Below are positions 61,321 through 64,000 of a stretch of 64,000 nt of DNA, one piece after another. How positions within the stretch are numbered: the stretch's first letter is position 1; the number at the start of each line of letters is the position of its first letter. The position numbers were made by a program, and so were the translations under genes. Under the pieces are notes generated by a model that had not been told where the DNA came from, searched no databases, and saw only the letters and a program-made list of their open reading frames with translations. The DNA lies in NCBI GenBank assembly GCA_002269645.1, contig NIVC01002168.1:62001-126000 (forward strand), given 5' to 3'. This stretch comes from Macrostomum lignano (Eukaryota).

Positions 61321-62189
61321 GCATTTCTTGCTCTAAGATACACAGAAGCCGAGCCTGCAAGCTCTCCTCTCCTCACCTCTCTCCATTGCGTTTATTTAAT
61401 TTTGTCCCGGCTGGTCCAAAATCCCCATGGGCGCGGGTCCCAGCTGAGCGATGGAGCACCCATCGGAGGCTGTCCCTGCCGGTGCCTCGGCTCTCAGTTC
61501 TCGCTCGTTCTCCATACATGTATAAAACTCACTGAAAACTGCGAACTGCCCCTGAATGAAGTGCTCAAGATGAGAGACTGACAGACAGGCAGGCAGACAG
61601 ACAGACAGCGAGGCCCAGAAACTCGACTCTCAAGCAGCTCTGGGGACGGTGAGCTGGGGTTCGAAGCGGTTCCTACATGCTGGCTCCCGACAAAAAATGC
61701 TCCCACCACAGCTGAGAAGGGACGCATTGCAACATGAGATTGCAATTATTGAGGATTCCGGGGCTGATTCCATGTGCTCGATTTTGGAGTAACCATGCAT
61801 GCGGTGGAGGAACTCGTACTGGTTAATTTCCAAATCGGCGCCATAATTCTAATTCCTAGAACTGTGCTCAGCGAGGGAGAGCGAGAAAGAGAGAGAGAGA
61901 GAGAGATCCGAACTTGAAGCCCAGATAAGATGGCAGCTGCTTGTTTGACTTGTGCCCTTCTGTCCAGGTCTCCAGCGCTTGGAGGCGAGTCGATAAGGAT
62001 TTGCAATCGGCAAAACTTCTAACTGTAGGGAGTGCCGGTGGGGCTGCTCGAATAGGAAGGTGCTGTTTGAACACTGCATGCGAAATACTCGAATGTGCGA
62101 CTCAATAAACAACTGGCTCGTACTTTCCGGTTTGAGCGATTAAGGAAGAACCGCTGTATGAAATAAACAGGCTGCGTCCTTCCTCTTGA

Positions 62190-62725
62190 CTACTCCTTCT
62201 ATTCTACCAGGCCAACTCCCTCATACCCCCTCTCCTTACCCCTCCCTCACACCCCCTCTTTCCCTACCCCTCCCTCACACCCCCTCTTTCCCTACCCCTC
62301 CCTCATACCCCCTCTTTCCCTACCCCTCCCTCACACCCCCTCTTTCCCTACCCCTCCCTCATACCCCCTCTTTCCCTACCCCTCCCTCATACCCCCTCTT
62401 TCCCTACCCCTCCCTCATACTCGTACCCCCTCTTTCCCTACCCCTCCCTCATACTCGTACCCCCTCTTTCCCTACACCTCCCTCATACCCCCTCTTTCCC
62501 TACCCCTCCCTCATACTCGTACCCCCTCTTTCCCTACACCTCCCTCATACCCCCTCTTTCCCTACCCCTCCCTCACACCCCCTCTTTCCCTACACCTCCC
62601 TCATACCCCCTCTTTCCCTACCCCTCCCTCACACCCCCTCTTTCCCTACCCCTCCCTCACACCCCATCTTTCCCTACCTCTCCCTCACACCCCTCTTTCC
62701 CTACCTCTCCCTCACACCCCATCTT
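62190..62725. repeat. C-rich minisatellite (CCCCCTCTTTCCCTACCCCTCCCTCATA)
   Basis: Tandem array of about 27-33-bp units. Confidence 0.9.
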
Positions 62726-63659
62726 TCCCTACCTATCCCGGCAACAATCCAGCACATTAAGACTAGCAATGGGAATCCAGGGGCTAACTTCTCAATTCCT
62801 ACAGCTGACATGCGCTGGCAGCCCCATTTTGGGACACAAAGCAAGCAGGCGGTTGCTAAAATTTCGGTATGAAAGCTCGAAGAGGATGAGGCGTGCATAT
62901 CTTTAAAAAGGGCAGTCCACAGAGAGAGAGAGAGAGAGAGATTGGGGATCCAGGGAAAAGGAAGACACAAAGTGAATGGCAGAGTAGCGTCCTTTTGAAT
63001 CATTAATCAGGGTCTGGAGCAACAGCAGACCCATGGTCTTCAAACTCTTGGGAGGTCGCCAACGGGTGGATGGAAAAGAAACAAGCAGACAAGAAAGTCA
63101 AGTAGGCTGAATGGCCCGAAGAGCCTCCGCCGCATCCAGCTTCAGCTTCCCTGAGCATTTCCCCCTAGTGCAGAGAATTCCAAGAGAGCTGAGTGAGAAT
63201 ACCTCCTGCTCCCCTCCTCAAGCCGCTGTCGCATGCAAATTTGCCTGCTTACTCCGCCACTCAACTGTCTTCCCTCCCAGCCCTGCCGACCGCGTAGCTA
63301 AGGGGCGAGGAACCCCCGAGTCTTCCGAAGTCCCCGCCTGCCTGTCCAAGCCCTGATTGCTAATTCCAGTATCGTTTGAGCTTTCAAGATCTGGCGCCCC
63401 GGCCAGCCCCGGCCAGCCCCGGCCAGCCCTGATTGCTCTTATATTAAACGCGTCCGACAAATGAAGATGGCGAGGGGCTAATCTTGCCTATCTGCCTCCT
63501 CCTGCCGTTCCTCCTCAGATCGGAGGGCCGTTGCCTTTAATCTTCTCTTGCTATTGATTTTTATTTCTGCTTTTGCTGGCTCGTTTTACTTCTAGAAAGT
63601 TTTTTCCTTGCAGACAGTGATGGAAGGGGCTGTGGTTCAAGAAGGACACCCCCCAGTTT

Positions 63660-64000
63660 CAATGCCCTCCCTGACACCCTCTCTTCCCCTACCCCTCCCT
63701 CACACCCTCTCTTCCCCTACCCCTCCCTCCCACCTTCTCTTCCCTAACCTCCCCTATACCCTCTCTCCCCTACTCTCCCTCACACCGTCTCTTCCCTACC
63801 CTCCCTCACCCCTCTCTTCCCTATCCTCCCTCACCCCTCTCTTCTCTACCCTCCCTCACACCCTCTCTTTCTCTACCCCTCCCTCACTCACACCCTCTCT
63901 TTCCTAACCTCCCTTATACCCTCTCTTCTCTATCCTCCCTCACACCGTCTATTCCCTACCCTCCGTCACACCGTCTCTTCCCTACGCTCCCTCACATAAC
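63660..64000. repeat. C-rich minisatellite related to the 62.2-kb array
   Basis: CACCCTCTCTTCCCTACCCTCCCT-type units running to the window end. Confidence 0.85.

Overview
Eukaryotic (animal) genomic DNA with spliceosomal introns, GC-rich exons and a very high load of private minisatellites and small transposons. The style resembles a free-living flatworm such as Macrostomum; this is inference and cannot be confirmed here. Most long ORFs in the supplied track are artefacts of tandem repeats. Five spliced genes can be reconstructed by hand: (1) a class C GPCR (mGluR-like Venus-flytrap domain), minus strand, exons 9398-8820, 5937-5825, 2449-2226, continuing off the left edge; (2) a complete Piwi-clade Argonaute, plus strand, 18068-22896, about 911 aa, with an intact D-E-D-H tetrad; (3) malectin, plus strand, 25462-31142; (4) a SAPCD2-like gene, minus strand, 35666-33532; (5) an unassigned gene with NHL/beta-propeller-like segments, plus strand, 44991-56538. 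Mobile DNA includes a 5'-truncated RTE-type LINE with a 13-bp TSD, a tRNA-derived SINE, three copies of one hAT-type MITE, a second hAT-type MITE and a 39-bp-TIR MITE with an 8-bp TSD. The most notable observations are a minisatellite built from an exon's own 5' splice site (about 22 tandem donors), sharply bounded CpG-eroded AT-rich domains (with MITE copies as an internal control, and splitting malectin into GC3 of about 29% vs about 76% exons), a GC-AG intron almost entirely filled by a 14-bp satellite, and a GPCR lacking the Arg residues that bind glutamate's distal carboxylate. No CRISPR array or rRNA is present.
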